A DNA stretch of 64,000 bases from Verrucomicrobiota bacterium (GTDB taxonomy: Bacteria > Verrucomicrobiota > Verrucomicrobiia > Limisphaerales > Palsa-1400): NCBI GenBank assembly GCA_049510745.1, contig JBEKYR010000004.1:64001-128000 (forward strand), given 5' to 3'. Made by a program: the position numbers and the translations under genes. The notes below the pieces were generated by a model. It ran no database searches, had not been told where the DNA came from, and saw only the letters and a list, made by a program, of their open reading frames with translations. Of the stretch, positions 29,101 through 38,738 are shown piece by piece (position 1 is the first letter of the stretch; every line of letters begins with the position of its first letter).

Positions 29101-32100
29101 GTATTCCGTGGTGGTCAGCAACGCTTACGGGACGACGGTCAGTTCCGGCGCGACGCTGACCGTTCTCCCGGCAACGCAAACCGTGGATTTGATTACCTTT
29201 GATGATCTGCCCGACAACGAAACCCTCTTGCCGGTGCCCGGCGGCTATGCGGGACTTTCCTGGAGCAACTTCCTCCAACTGGACGGCATCAACTACCCCT
29301 ATCCGAGCGGCTACGCGGCGGCGGTCATTTCCGCCAGCAACGTCGCGGTGAACGCGTCCGGAGAAGCCGCCAGCATTTCCAGCGCGAATCCCTTTACGCT
29401 GCTCAGCGCCTACCTGACCGCCCCTTGGAATGACAATTTGGAGGTGGAAGCCCAGGGATTCAGCGGCGCGCGCGTGATCTATGACAACACCTATACGTTG
29501 AGCGCGACGCAACCGACCTTGATCAATTTCAACTATGCGGGAGTGACCCGAGTCAACTTCATCGCTTCCGGCGGCACCGCGCATCTGGCCTACGCCGATT
29601 ACCCCACCGAGCAATTCGCGATGGACAACGTGGCGGTGGCGATCTCGTCGGCGCCGCAAATCATCTCCCAGCCGGCCGGCCGGAACGCGCCGCCAGGAGC
29701 GACGGTCACGTTTGGCGTCACGGTCAACGGCGCGGCGCCCTTGGTTTATCAATGGCAGCGGAACGGGATCGCGCTGACGGACGGCGGGCCAATTGCGGGT
29801 TCCGCCACCGCCACATTGACGCTGACCGGCGTGGCGGCCGCGAACGCTGGAATCTATTCGGTGCTTGTCACCAATGTCTTCGGGTCGGTGGCCAGCGCCG
29901 GCGCGGGTCTGGTTCTCTATAATCTGGCGCCGGGCGCCACAAACCTCGTGCAAAACGGAGGGTTTGAAACGGGCACCTTTGCCAACTGGACACTTTTCGG
30001 AGAAACAAACTACGATTATGTCGGCTCCTATTATATATGGGTCCACTCCGGCGCCTACGGCGCGGCCCTGAGCACCGGGGGGAATGGTTTTGGGTATCTT
30101 TCCCAAACGCTTTCCACCACACCCGGCGCGTCCTACCTGGTATCCTTCTGGGCGGAGAATCCTTTTGGCGAGACCCCAAACCAATTCCTGGTCAGTTGGA
30201 ATGGCAATCCCATTTTCTCCCAGGACAATTTTGATTCCTTGAACTGGACCAACCTCCAGTTCCTTGTCACGGCCGCCGGCAGCAACAGCGTGTTGGAGTT
30301 TGGTTACTCCTTCGAGTATTACGACGACTATTTTGGATTGGACGACGTGACCGCGACGAATGTCATTATCGATGCCGCCGCGCCCACGATTACCAGCCAG
30401 CCCGCCAGCCAACTGGTCGCGCCCGGCGGCAGCGCCGTCTTCGATGTCACGGCGCTGGCCAGCCCGCCGCCGGGCTACCAGTGGCAGTTCAATGGAACCA
30501 ATCTGAGCGACACCGGCGGGATCACCGGGTCCGCCACCTCCGCGTTGACGGTCGCCAATGCCTCTCCGGCCAACGCCGGGACCTATACGGTCGTGATCAG
30601 CAATGCCTACGGCACGGCGATCAGCGCTCCGGCGCTGTTGTCATTGCCGCCGCCCGGCCAGATTTTTAATCTGCTCACGTTTGACGACTTACCCGACACC
30701 GAGTCGGGCTTGGCCGTGTCCAATGGCTACCAGGGCTTCGGGTGGGCGAACTTCTACGAATTGGATGGAGTGAACTTCCCAGGTCCGAGCGGCTACAACG
30801 CGGCGGTGGTTTCCGCCAGCAACGTTGTCTATAACGGAGGCGGCGCCGCCGCCACGATCACCAACGAGCAACCGTTCAGTCTTATCTCCGCCTACCTCAC
30901 GGCCGCGTGGCGGGACGGATTGGAGGTGGAGGTCAGCGGTTACGCGGGCGGCGCGTTGCTGAATCGCAACACCTATATTCTGAACGCCACGGAACCGACG
31001 CTCATTCAGTTTAACTACGCCGGAGTGGACACCGTTGAATTCGTTTCCTACGGCGGAACGGCGCATGCCGGATACGCGGGCACCGGCGAGCAGTTCGCCA
31101 TGGATAACGTCACTCTTCTCGTGTCCGCCTCTCCGCCGCAGATTGCCGCGGAGCCTGCCAGCCAAGTCGCGCCCGTTGGCTCGACGGTGTCGTTTTCCGT
31201 GTCCGCCACGGGCGCGGCTCCGCTCAGTTACCAATGGCAAAAGAACGGCGTGCCGCTGGGCGACGGCGGCAACGTTTCCGGCTCCGCCACCGCCGCGCTG
31301 ACTCTCACCGCGGTTTCCGCCGGGGACGATGGCGTTTATGCCGTCACTGTCAATAATTCCGCGGGCGCGGCGGCCAGTTCCGGGGCCGCGCTCACCGTCT
31401 ATTCGGTGGTCGCCGGAGCGACGAACACGGTGCAAAACGGCGGCTTTGAGACCGGCGACTTTACCGGGTGGACTCTCTCCGGCAGCACCAACGACATCTT
31501 CATCAGCACCAATTCCTCCTACGCGCATTCCGGCCGCGACGGCGCCCAACTTGGGCCGGGCAGCCCTCCGGGCGGCTTGCTCTCGCAGACCTTGTCCACA
31601 GCGCCGGGGACGGCTTACTTGCTCTCGTTCTGGCTCGACAGTCCCGATGGCTTGACTCCAAACGAGTTCCTGGTTTCGTGGAATGGCGCCGTCCTCTTTG
31701 ACCAATCCAACCTCGGCGCGCTCGGCTGGACCAACCTGCAATTCGTGGTCGAAGCCGCCTCCGCCGCCAGCGTCCTGCAATTTGAATTCCTTGACGCTCC
31801 AAGCTATTTGGGCCTGGACGACATTACGCTGCAAAGCATCGACCTGACCCCGTCGATCCTCACGCCACCCGCCAGCCAGACCGCTTGCGCCGGCCAGACA
31901 GTGACATTCACGGTCGCGGCCGCCGGCAGCGGTCCCCTCGCCTACCACTGGCGCCGAAACGGGGCCAGCTTGAGCGACGGCAGCGGCCTCAGTGGGACGG
32001 CCGCCCCGATCCTGACCCTGAGCAACGTGGCCGCGGCCAATTCCGGCGCTTACTCGGTCGTTGTCAGCAATGCCTTCGGGTCCGCCACGAGTGCCGCCGC

Positions 32101-35026
32101 GGACCTGACCGTTTATGCCGTCGCCTCCGGCGCCAGCAACCTGGTGCAGAACGGCGGCTTCGAAACGGGTGATTTCACCGGTTGGACACTCGCCGGCAAT
32201 TCGTCTTATTCGTATGTCGCCTCCGGTGCAGCCTACGCGCACACGGGCAACTACAGCGCGCAACTTGGGGATAATGCCTACAATTTTGGTTACGGCGGCT
32301 CGCTTTCCCAACCCTTGTCAACAACGCCGGGAACGTCCTATCGGTTGTCGCTCTGGCTGGAGAATTCCACCGGCCTGGTGCCCAATCTGTTTCTGGTCAG
32401 TTGGAACGGCGCCACCGTCTTCAACCAGACCAACCTCACCGGCCAGGGCTGGGAGAATCTCCAATTCATCGTCACAGCTCAATCCTCCGTTACTCTCCTC
32501 CAATTCGAGTTCGAGGATGAGTTGGCTTATTTGGGACTGGACGATGTCAGCGTCAGCAACATCACGGTGGGCGGCGCGCCCCTGGTGACGGTCCCGCCCG
32601 CCCTCCAAACCGTCCCGCCCGGCGCCCAGGCCGCTTTCCATGTCGTGGCCGTGGGCGGCGCGCCGCTGGCCTACCACTGGCAATTGAACGGCACTAATCT
32701 TACCGATGGCGGAGGCATCACTGGTTCGACTACTTCCAATCTTACCATCGCGGGCGTTTCCGCCGCCAACGCCGGCGGCTACGCGGTGAGCGTCACCAAT
32801 TCCTACGGCAGCGTCACCAGTTCCATGGTCCCGCTCACGGTCCTGCCGCCCGCGGCCAGCCTGATTACTTTCGACGATCTTGCGGAAACGACCTCCGGCC
32901 TGCCGATTCCCGCCGGCTACCACGGGCTGACGTGGAGCAACTTCGACGAAATGGACGGGGTTTATTTTCCAATTCCCGGCGGTTATGGAGCCGGGGTCGT
33001 CTCGCCGAACAACATCGCGTTCAACTCCGGCGGCTACCCTGCCGCCATCAGCGGCGGCACCTTCAGCCTGTTGAGCGCGCGCCTCACGGCGGCGTGGAAT
33101 GACGAATTGGAGGTGGAAGCGATTGGCTATTACAATGGCACGGTCGTCTATGATGGCAGCTTCACCTTGAGCGCGACCGCTCCCGCGCTGGTTGACTTCA
33201 ACTATCAGGGAATCGATCAGGTGCTGTTCATTGCCTCGGGCGGCACGCCCCATTTGCCTTATTCTCAAGCGCCGGCCAGCCAATTCGTCATCGACAATGT
33301 CGTCATTAGTCCTGCCGCCGGTCCTCCGCAAATCACGACGCAGCCGGCCAGCCAGGCCGTGCCCGCCGGCACGACGGCGACGTTCAACGTCAGCGCCGAG
33401 GGCAGCGCGCCGCTGAGTTACCAATGGAGAATGAACGGCGCTAATCTCACCAGCGGCGGCGCCCTCTCCGGCGCCACTTCCAGCGCGCTGACCATCAGCA
33501 ATGTCACCGCCGCCAATGTGGGGTCTTACTCTGTCGTCGTCAGCAATTCTTACGGCGCCGCCACCAGTTCCGATGCGCTCCTGACCCTCCTGCCGGCCGG
33601 CACCGACCTGATTACCTTTGACGATCTGGAGGATATCGCGGACGGAGCTTACATACCGGACGGCTACCACGGCCTGATCTGGAACAATTTTGCCGAGTTG
33701 GACGGCGTCAACTACGGCCAGCCCAGCGGCTACGGCGCAGGTGTCGTCTCGCCGAACAATATCGCGTTCAATGCGGGCGGATACCCGGCCGGCCTGATCG
33801 CCGCCGGGCCTTTCAACCTGCTCAACGCCTATCTCACCGCCGCCTGGAACGATAATTTGCAGGTGGAAGTGATCGGATTCGCGGGCGGCGAGCTGGCTTA
33901 CGACACCACCTATACCTTGAGCGCGACGCAACCGATGCTAGTCAACTTCAATTATATGGGGGTGGACGAAGTGAATTTCATTTCATCCGGCGGCACACCG
34001 CATCTGGCCTACGGGAATTATCCGGGCTACCAATTCGTGATGGACAACGTGCTGATCGGTCCGGCGCAAGCTCCGCCGCAAATCGCCGTCCAACCCGCCG
34101 GCCAGATCGTCCCCGCAGGTACGCCGGTTTCACTCGCCGTGGCTGCCACCGGCAGCGCGCCGTTGAGCTACCAATGGCAACGGAACGGCCTGCCACTGAC
34201 CGACGGCGGCAACCTCTCCGGGTCGGCCACATCCAATCTGACGTTCAGCGCGATCGCGGCCTCCAACGCGGGGGTGTATTCGGTCACGATCACAAACCCG
34301 TTCGGCCTGGCCGCCAGCGCGCCCGCGGTGCTCGCCGTTTATTCGCCGGCGCCGGGCGCCAGCAACCTGGTGCAGAACGGCGGCTTCGAAACGGGTGATT
34401 TCACCGGCTGGACGCTTTCCGGCGATACCAACGACAGCTTCGTCACCAGTTATGCTCCCTTTGTCCACTCCGGCACGTACGGGGCCGAGATGGGGCCGCC
34501 GAGCTTGTTGGGCGCGCTGCTCTCGCAATCGGTGCCGACCACGCCGGGCGGGACCTATTTGCTCTCTGTCTGGCTGGCAAACCCTTACGCTACTCCTCCC
34601 AACGCCATCCAAATCACCTGGAATGGCGGCACCGTTTACAATCAGCAAAACATGGGGTATCAGACATGGCTCAATCCGCAATTCATTGTCACCGCTTCCA
34701 CCACCAACAGCGTGCTGCTCTTGGACGTTCAAAACGAGTTCGGCGCGTTTGGATTGGACGACATCAGCGTGTCGAACGTGGTGGCGGGCAATTTGGGGAC
34801 GCCGCCGCAAATCAGCGGCCCTTCATTCACCGTGGCCGGCGGTCAATTTTCCTTCTCTTGGACGGCGCAAGTGGGTCAAAGCTACCAGGTGCAATATACC
34901 ACCAATCTGGCCCATCCCACCTGGATAAACCTCGGCCCCAGCACCAACGCCATCGTCCCCGTCATGACCACATCCGACACCATCGCCGGCCACCAACGCT
35001 TCTACCGCGTCGCCCTGCTGCCGTGA
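26156..35026 (+). CDS. Giant secreted S53 (sedolisin/kumamolisin-like) protease with BACON-like domain, 9 Ig domains, 9 interleaved beta-domains and the shared C-terminal module
   Basis: Pro-domain (YLTPAEFAARFGP), EVSLD, ASGDSG, GGTSCATPLWA, GYDLCTGWGTP; repeated QPASQ...YQW Ig units. Confidence 0.9.
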   Translation: MNSSIDPGVRSPRRVFQRFFAAAIAVLLAGVTAPARSGAAQTLHSRAAALAGGLQPLGAVDGASRLNLTLSLPLRNKPALTNLLGQLYDPASPNFHRYLTPAEFAARFGPTEADYQAVVDFAQTHGLDVRAKHSNRTLLEVRGSASAVESAFHVRLQRYQHPTEARTFFAPDRDPAADLSVPLLGVKGLDNYSLPHPNHRHLPLSQAPANRPRAGSGLEGLYMGNDFRAAYVPGVALNGSNQSVALLEFDGYDPSDILQYESNASLPNVALTNVLLDAFDGTPQSQDGQVEVSLDISMAISMAPGLASVIVYEGEMSDDILNRMATDDLANQLSSSWSWAPMDETTEQIFQQFGAQGQSMFQASGDSGAYVGPIPPPSDDPYLTVVGGTTLTTAGPGGPWVSETVWNWFSTGLGQAAGSGGVSTVYPIPAWQQGLDLSKSQGSATMRNIPDVALTADNVLVIAAGQTWYVGGTSCATPLWAALTALINEQQAANNQPPVGFLNPAIYALATSSRYGATFHDITTGNNTNYSSPTAFFALPGYDLCTGWGTPTGSNTIAALVTPADPLLVSPIADVFLQGVPGGPFNAASQPMTLTNGGGAALNWTLGNPTAWLRASLTGGTLVAGGPARTVTVSLNSLASNLAVGIYNATLWFTNQNDHLAQARRFTLEILPLEPPLIVAQPQSQVIQAGATAVFNVTAQGRPLFYQWQKNGTNLTDGGHISGSATAALTVANAGAADAAVYSVIVSNSLGTAAGAAVTLELYALAPGAMNLVQNGGFETGNFSYWNEAGYYYYAVVSSNPLYVHSGAYGAALGEYYTVPGFLYQTLSTTPGNSYLISMWLHSPDGVAPNQFDVLWNGATIFGATNMGAGPWTQLQFLVTATSAASILQLGYADESSDLGLDDVSVSNVTISAAPPAIVNPPASQSAGSGSAAVFTVTAAGTVPLGYQWEINGATLNNGGNVAGATTATLTLSNVSAASDATYSVVVSNAYGTTVSSGATLTVLPATQTVDLITFDDLPDNETLLPVPGGYAGLSWSNFLQLDGINYPYPSGYAAAVISASNVAVNASGEAASISSANPFTLLSAYLTAPWNDNLEVEAQGFSGARVIYDNTYTLSATQPTLINFNYAGVTRVNFIASGGTAHLAYADYPTEQFAMDNVAVAISSAPQIISQPAGRNAPPGATVTFGVTVNGAAPLVYQWQRNGIALTDGGPIAGSATATLTLTGVAAANAGIYSVLVTNVFGSVASAGAGLVLYNLAPGATNLVQNGGFETGTFANWTLFGETNYDYVGSYYIWVHSGAYGAALSTGGNGFGYLSQTLSTTPGASYLVSFWAENPFGETPNQFLVSWNGNPIFSQDNFDSLNWTNLQFLVTAAGSNSVLEFGYSFEYYDDYFGLDDVTATNVIIDAAAPTITSQPASQLVAPGGSAVFDVTALASPPPGYQWQFNGTNLSDTGGITGSATSALTVANASPANAGTYTVVISNAYGTAISAPALLSLPPPGQIFNLLTFDDLPDTESGLAVSNGYQGFGWANFYELDGVNFPGPSGYNAAVVSASNVVYNGGGAAATITNEQPFSLISAYLTAAWRDGLEVEVSGYAGGALLNRNTYILNATEPTLIQFNYAGVDTVEFVSYGGTAHAGYAGTGEQFAMDNVTLLVSASPPQIAAEPASQVAPVGSTVSFSVSATGAAPLSYQWQKNGVPLGDGGNVSGSATAALTLTAVSAGDDGVYAVTVNNSAGAAASSGAALTVYSVVAGATNTVQNGGFETGDFTGWTLSGSTNDIFISTNSSYAHSGRDGAQLGPGSPPGGLLSQTLSTAPGTAYLLSFWLDSPDGLTPNEFLVSWNGAVLFDQSNLGALGWTNLQFVVEAASAASVLQFEFLDAPSYLGLDDITLQSIDLTPSILTPPASQTACAGQTVTFTVAAAGSGPLAYHWRRNGASLSDGSGLSGTAAPILTLSNVAAANSGAYSVVVSNAFGSATSAAADLTVYAVASGASNLVQNGGFETGDFTGWTLAGNSSYSYVASGAAYAHTGNYSAQLGDNAYNFGYGGSLSQPLSTTPGTSYRLSLWLENSTGLVPNLFLVSWNGATVFNQTNLTGQGWENLQFIVTAQSSVTLLQFEFEDELAYLGLDDVSVSNITVGGAPLVTVPPALQTVPPGAQAAFHVVAVGGAPLAYHWQLNGTNLTDGGGITGSTTSNLTIAGVSAANAGGYAVSVTNSYGSVTSSMVPLTVLPPAASLITFDDLAETTSGLPIPAGYHGLTWSNFDEMDGVYFPIPGGYGAGVVSPNNIAFNSGGYPAAISGGTFSLLSARLTAAWNDELEVEAIGYYNGTVVYDGSFTLSATAPALVDFNYQGIDQVLFIASGGTPHLPYSQAPASQFVIDNVVISPAAGPPQITTQPASQAVPAGTTATFNVSAEGSAPLSYQWRMNGANLTSGGALSGATSSALTISNVTAANVGSYSVVVSNSYGAATSSDALLTLLPAGTDLITFDDLEDIADGAYIPDGYHGLIWNNFAELDGVNYGQPSGYGAGVVSPNNIAFNAGGYPAGLIAAGPFNLLNAYLTAAWNDNLQVEVIGFAGGELAYDTTYTLSATQPMLVNFNYMGVDEVNFISSGGTPHLAYGNYPGYQFVMDNVLIGPAQAPPQIAVQPAGQIVPAGTPVSLAVAATGSAPLSYQWQRNGLPLTDGGNLSGSATSNLTFSAIAASNAGVYSVTITNPFGLAASAPAVLAVYSPAPGASNLVQNGGFETGDFTGWTLSGDTNDSFVTSYAPFVHSGTYGAEMGPPSLLGALLSQSVPTTPGGTYLLSVWLANPYATPPNAIQITWNGGTVYNQQNMGYQTWLNPQFIVTASTTNSVLLLDVQNEFGAFGLDDISVSNVVAGNLGTPPQISGPSFTVAGGQFSFSWTAQVGQSYQVQYTTNLAHPTWINLGPSTNAIVPVMTTSDTIAGHQRFYRVALLP

Positions 35027-35063
35027 GAGGTCCTTTTTAACGCGATGCAGCGGATTGGCGAGA

Positions 35064-35139
35064 TGGTGGGTTGGCGGGGACTCGAACCCCGGACCAATGC
35101 CTTAAAAGGGCACTGCTCTACCAACTGAGCTACCAACCC
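35064..35139 (-). tRNA. tRNA-Lys(TTT)
   Basis: GGGTTGGTAGCTCAG...GTGCC-CTTTTAA-GGCAT...GGTTCGAGTCC...CCAACCCACCA. Confidence 0.95.
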
Positions 35140-35326
35140 AACAGGCCGGAATTCAGACAGTTCCAACAGTTGTCGCGCCACCGGCATTTCACAAAGTCGC
35201 GGAGAACCTGTCCCTGCCCGAATCATCGGGCCGTTAATATGCCGTACAAAAGCGAAGAGGCAAGCAGTTTCGTCGGACCTTGAAGACAAGGGACGGAAAA
35301 CCGGCCCATCGCCCCGCGTTCCGAGT

Positions 35327-35491
35327 TCAGCACAACTCGTAGAACGACTCCCGGCCAAGGTGCTTCACATACTTCTTTAGCAGCGCGGGAAGCGTCGCCG
35401 GCGGCCCCAAACTGATCCAATCATCGACCGATCCTCTGAAACAGTACCGTTCCGCCGTGAAGCGGCGTTGCGCCGGGTCTGTCAGAATAAA
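35327..35491 (-). pseudogene. 3' relic of a hypothetical protein gene
   Basis: FILTDPAQRRFTAERYCFRGSVDDWISLGPPATLPALLKKYVKHLGRESFYELC* behind an in-frame TAA; protein-like composition. Confidence 0.5.
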
Positions 35492-35605
35492 TTAAACTTT
35501 GCCTGATCTGGAAGTCTGTTCGATGCTCATAAAGAAAAGTGGAAGCCTCCGGCCGCCTTGGCGATGGAGCCGCTGTCGCGCTGCCATGCCCCGGACGACG
35601 ACGGC

Positions 35606-36178
35606 CTATTTCGCCCCTTGATCAATCCAGGCGCGGATCAAACCGACTTGCTCCGCTGTGAGCGGTTTTGGCGGCGGGCCGCCTCTGCCAGGGCCGCCTT
35701 GGCCACCGGGGCCGCCGGGACCAGGAGGTCCGCCTGGGCCGCCCGCCCCGCCGGCGTCACCGGAGGGCGGTGGGCCGTTGCCGGGGCCGCCGGGAGGAGG
35801 ACCACCGGGGCCGCCCGGACCGCGCGGTTTGCGCTGCGGCGGCATGGCGATCTTGTCATCGATGCGCGCGGCGGCTGCGACCAGCAGACTCTTCTTGCTC
35901 TCGCCCGGCACAATCATCTTGCCGTCGTGACCGCCCTTGAGGGCGCCCGCAAGGCTGTCGAGCTGGAAGCTGGCTTTGGGCTTCTCTTTTCCGTGGCATC
36001 GGATGCAGGACGCCTGGAAAAAAGGCTGGATATCCTTGTCATAGGTCAGGCCCTGCTTATCGGCGGCGGGCGGCAGCTTGCTGACATCGACTTTGCTGAT
36101 GTCCCATTCGTTCTGCGCGGCAGCCGGCAGGGCGGCCATGGCAACTCCAATTAAAATTAAGGCGGTGGCATGTTTCAT
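35606..36178 (-). CDS. Planctomycete-type cytochrome c domain protein with Gly/Pro-rich insertion
   Basis: Signal peptide; DIQPFFQASCIRCHG (CxxCH), IVPGESKKSLL, MPP, LTAEQVGLIRAWIDQGAK. Confidence 0.85.
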   Translation of the reverse strand: MKHATALILIGVAMAALPAAAQNEWDISKVDVSKLPPAADKQGLTYDKDIQPFFQASCIRCHGKEKPKASFQLDSLAGALKGGHDGKMIVPGESKKSLLVAAAARIDDKIAMPPQRKPRGPGGPGGPPPGGPGNGPPPSGDAGGAGGPGGPPGPGGPGGQGGPGRGGPPPKPLTAEQVGLIRAWIDQGAK

Positions 36179-36272
36179 ATTAGATTGCGCTCTGTTTAAT
36201 CCCTTGGCCGGCAAATGCAAGAAAAAGATGAGGCTGGCGCGTCATGCGTTTGCCTGACACATTCCCCTCCCG

Positions 36273-37397
36273 ATGCCCGCTTATGTCCTCATTGTCCCGG
36301 ATAAATTCAAAGGCAGCCTGACCGCCCAACAGGCGGCCGGCTCCATCGCCCGCGGCTGGCGCAAAGCGCGGCCCGACGATTCTCTGGACGTGCTGCCAAT
36401 GAGCGACGGCGGCGACGGCTTCGGCCAAATCCTCAGCGCCCTGCTCGGCGCGCGGACGCGAAAGACAGCCACGCTCGACGCCGCCCATCGCCCCTTGCAC
36501 GCGACTTGGTGGTGGCAGGCCACGAAAAGAACGGCCATTGTCGAATCGGCCAAAGTCATTGGCGTGGCCATGCTGCCGCCGAAAAAATTCCACCCGTTTC
36601 AACTCGACACTTTCGGCCTGGGAAAGCTGCTGGCGGCGGCGGCCAAGGCCGGCGCCAGGGAATGTATCGTCGGCATCGGCGGCAGCGCCACCAATGACGG
36701 CGGCTTCGGCCTGGCCCGCAGTCTGGGGTGGAAATTCCTGGACCGGTCGGGAGGGGAACTGGACGAGTGGTGGCGTTTGGGCGGGTTGGCCGACGCGCGC
36801 AAACCTGCCGCCGCGCTAAGCCTGCGCACGGTCGTCGCCGTGGATGTGCGCAATCCCCTGCTCGGCCCCGCCGGTTGCTCGCGCGTTTACGGGCCGCAAA
36901 AAGGACTGCGCCCCCAGGACTTTGCTTTTGCGGAAAAATGTCTCGGCCGATTGGCCTCGCGCATGAAAGAGCAACACGGCATCGACGTTGCAAACATCCC
37001 CGGCGCGGGCGCGGCGGGCGGCTTGGGTTTTGGTTTGATGGCGTTCGCGGATGCGAAGGTCGAGTCGGGTTTCGATTTATTCGCGCGCTTTGCCCAATTG
37101 GAAAAGCGCATCCGCACCGCCGACCTCGTCATCACCGGCGAAGGCGCGATTGACGAGCAGACGCGGATGGGAAAAGGCGTCGGCCAAATCGCGCGCCTTT
37201 GCGCCCGGTGCGGCGTGCCGTGCGTGGCCCTGGCGGGCATTGTGGAGAAATCCATTCGAGAGAGCCGCTTCTTTTCCGACATCCGCGCGCTGACGGATCA
37301 CGCGACTCCGCAACGCGCCCGGGCCTTGGCCGCGCGCCTGCTCGAACAATTGGCCGAAGAAGCCTCATCTGATTTTGCCGGGAGGGGCAGGATTTGA
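36273..37397 (+). CDS. glxK: Glycerate kinase
   Basis: PDKFKGSL, PMSDGGDG, GIGGSATNDGG, GAGAAGGLG, ITGEG. Confidence 0.92.
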   Translation: MPAYVLIVPDKFKGSLTAQQAAGSIARGWRKARPDDSLDVLPMSDGGDGFGQILSALLGARTRKTATLDAAHRPLHATWWWQATKRTAIVESAKVIGVAMLPPKKFHPFQLDTFGLGKLLAAAAKAGARECIVGIGGSATNDGGFGLARSLGWKFLDRSGGELDEWWRLGGLADARKPAAALSLRTVVAVDVRNPLLGPAGCSRVYGPQKGLRPQDFAFAEKCLGRLASRMKEQHGIDVANIPGAGAAGGLGFGLMAFADAKVESGFDLFARFAQLEKRIRTADLVITGEGAIDEQTRMGKGVGQIARLCARCGVPCVALAGIVEKSIRESRFFSDIRALTDHATPQRARALAARLLEQLAEEASSDFAGRGRI

Positions 37398-37438
37398 ATT
37401 GACGGGCCCGGCGACGGATTTCGTTGCGCGGAGCCGCC
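37393..37438 (+). repeat. ~45-bp direct repeat, copy 1 (overlaps glxK stop)
   Basis: TTTGAATTGACGGGCCCGGCGACGGATTTCGTTGCGCGGAGCCGCC; copy 2 at 38729-38773. Confidence 0.8.
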
Positions 37439-37517
37439 TGTTTGATTTCCGTGGCGGCAATCTCCTTGTCAGGCACGCCATTTTGGGCCAGGATGAACCA
37501 AAATTGGAACGGATTAT

Positions 37518-38738
37518 ATGCCTGCTGACTTGCGTCCCTCGCCTTTTCCAGCTTTGATGCTCGGTGGATTCATCCTCATTGCTGTCCAAACCGCCGGCGC
37601 GGTCCAATTCCAGATTTCTGACGCGACCGAATTCAGCAAAGTCATTGACACCAATGCCGTCTTCATCACCAACGCCACGATCAACTCTCAGATTGAAGGA
37701 CCAGTATGGATTCCCAACGGCCAATTTCTCGTGTTCAGCGACATGGGCAACAACAAGCTTAAGAAGCTGGATCCGTCAAACAATCTGCTCTCGGATTACT
37801 TTTTGGAGCCTTTAGGGGCGAAATACAATGGCAACATTCTGGATTGGCAGGAGCGTTTGATTTCCTGCGAATCCGGCAGCAGCGGGTTCAAGGTGGTAAT
37901 GACTACGAACGTGGTAGTAGGGACCTCCAGTGGCGTGATCGTTTCGCTGGTGACAAGCTGCAATGGCCTGAAATTTATTTCGCCCAACGACGTCTGCATT
38001 AAATCTGACGGCTCCATCTGGTTCACCGATACGGGATCCGATAGTGGCATTGCTGCGGGCACTTCCGGGTATCAACCCGGCTACTATGTGTATCGCTTTT
38101 ACGAAACCAACGGCAATGCGACGGTGGTGCCGGTGATTACAAATGGTCTTCAGAGGCCTAATGGCATCTGTTTTTCGCCGGATGAAACCAAATTGTATGT
38201 TGCCGACGATGGCATCAATTGGAATATGACCAACATCATGGTATATAACGTCACCAGCAGCAACACGTTGACTGGCGGCAAGATTTTCTGCACCGTCAAC
38301 GGCGGCTTTTCTGACGGATTCCGCTGTGACGTGGATGGGCGGATTTGGTCCACCGCCGGAGACGGCGTGGAAATTTTTGCGCCAGACGGACATCGGATTG
38401 GAAAAATTTTGATGGGCAGCCGCCCTAACAACCTCTGTTTTGCCGGGTCGAAATATCAAACGCTGTTCACGGTCGGCCAGCCCAACGTGTGCTCGTTTCC
38501 AGTGCTGGTCGCGGGCGCGGTTTCGATTCGGAAGCTGGCCGCTTGCAGCAATGGAGGCCAACTCGTGGTGTCGTGGCCCGCGCCATCCACGGGATTCAAG
38601 TTGCAGTCATCGGATTCCTTGGGTGCCCAGGCAGCCTGGACAAATGTCACCGACTCGCCCCAAGTCACCAACGGATTGAACCTAATGAATTTGTCCCCGA
38701 CAAATGCCGAGAAATTCTTGCGACTGCGTTTGAATTGA
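37518..38738 (+). CDS. Secreted SMP-30/gluconolactonase family protein with the shared C-terminal module
   Basis: EGPVW, FSDM, SPNDV, WFTD, PNGICFSPDETKLYV, DGFRCDVDG; ends EKFLRLRLN. Confidence 0.9.
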   Translation: MPADLRPSPFPALMLGGFILIAVQTAGAVQFQISDATEFSKVIDTNAVFITNATINSQIEGPVWIPNGQFLVFSDMGNNKLKKLDPSNNLLSDYFLEPLGAKYNGNILDWQERLISCESGSSGFKVVMTTNVVVGTSSGVIVSLVTSCNGLKFISPNDVCIKSDGSIWFTDTGSDSGIAAGTSGYQPGYYVYRFYETNGNATVVPVITNGLQRPNGICFSPDETKLYVADDGINWNMTNIMVYNVTSSNTLTGGKIFCTVNGGFSDGFRCDVDGRIWSTAGDGVEIFAPDGHRIGKILMGSRPNNLCFAGSKYQTLFTVGQPNVCSFPVLVAGAVSIRKLAACSNGGQLVVSWPAPSTGFKLQSSDSLGAQAAWTNVTDSPQVTNGLNLMNLSPTNAEKFLRLRLN

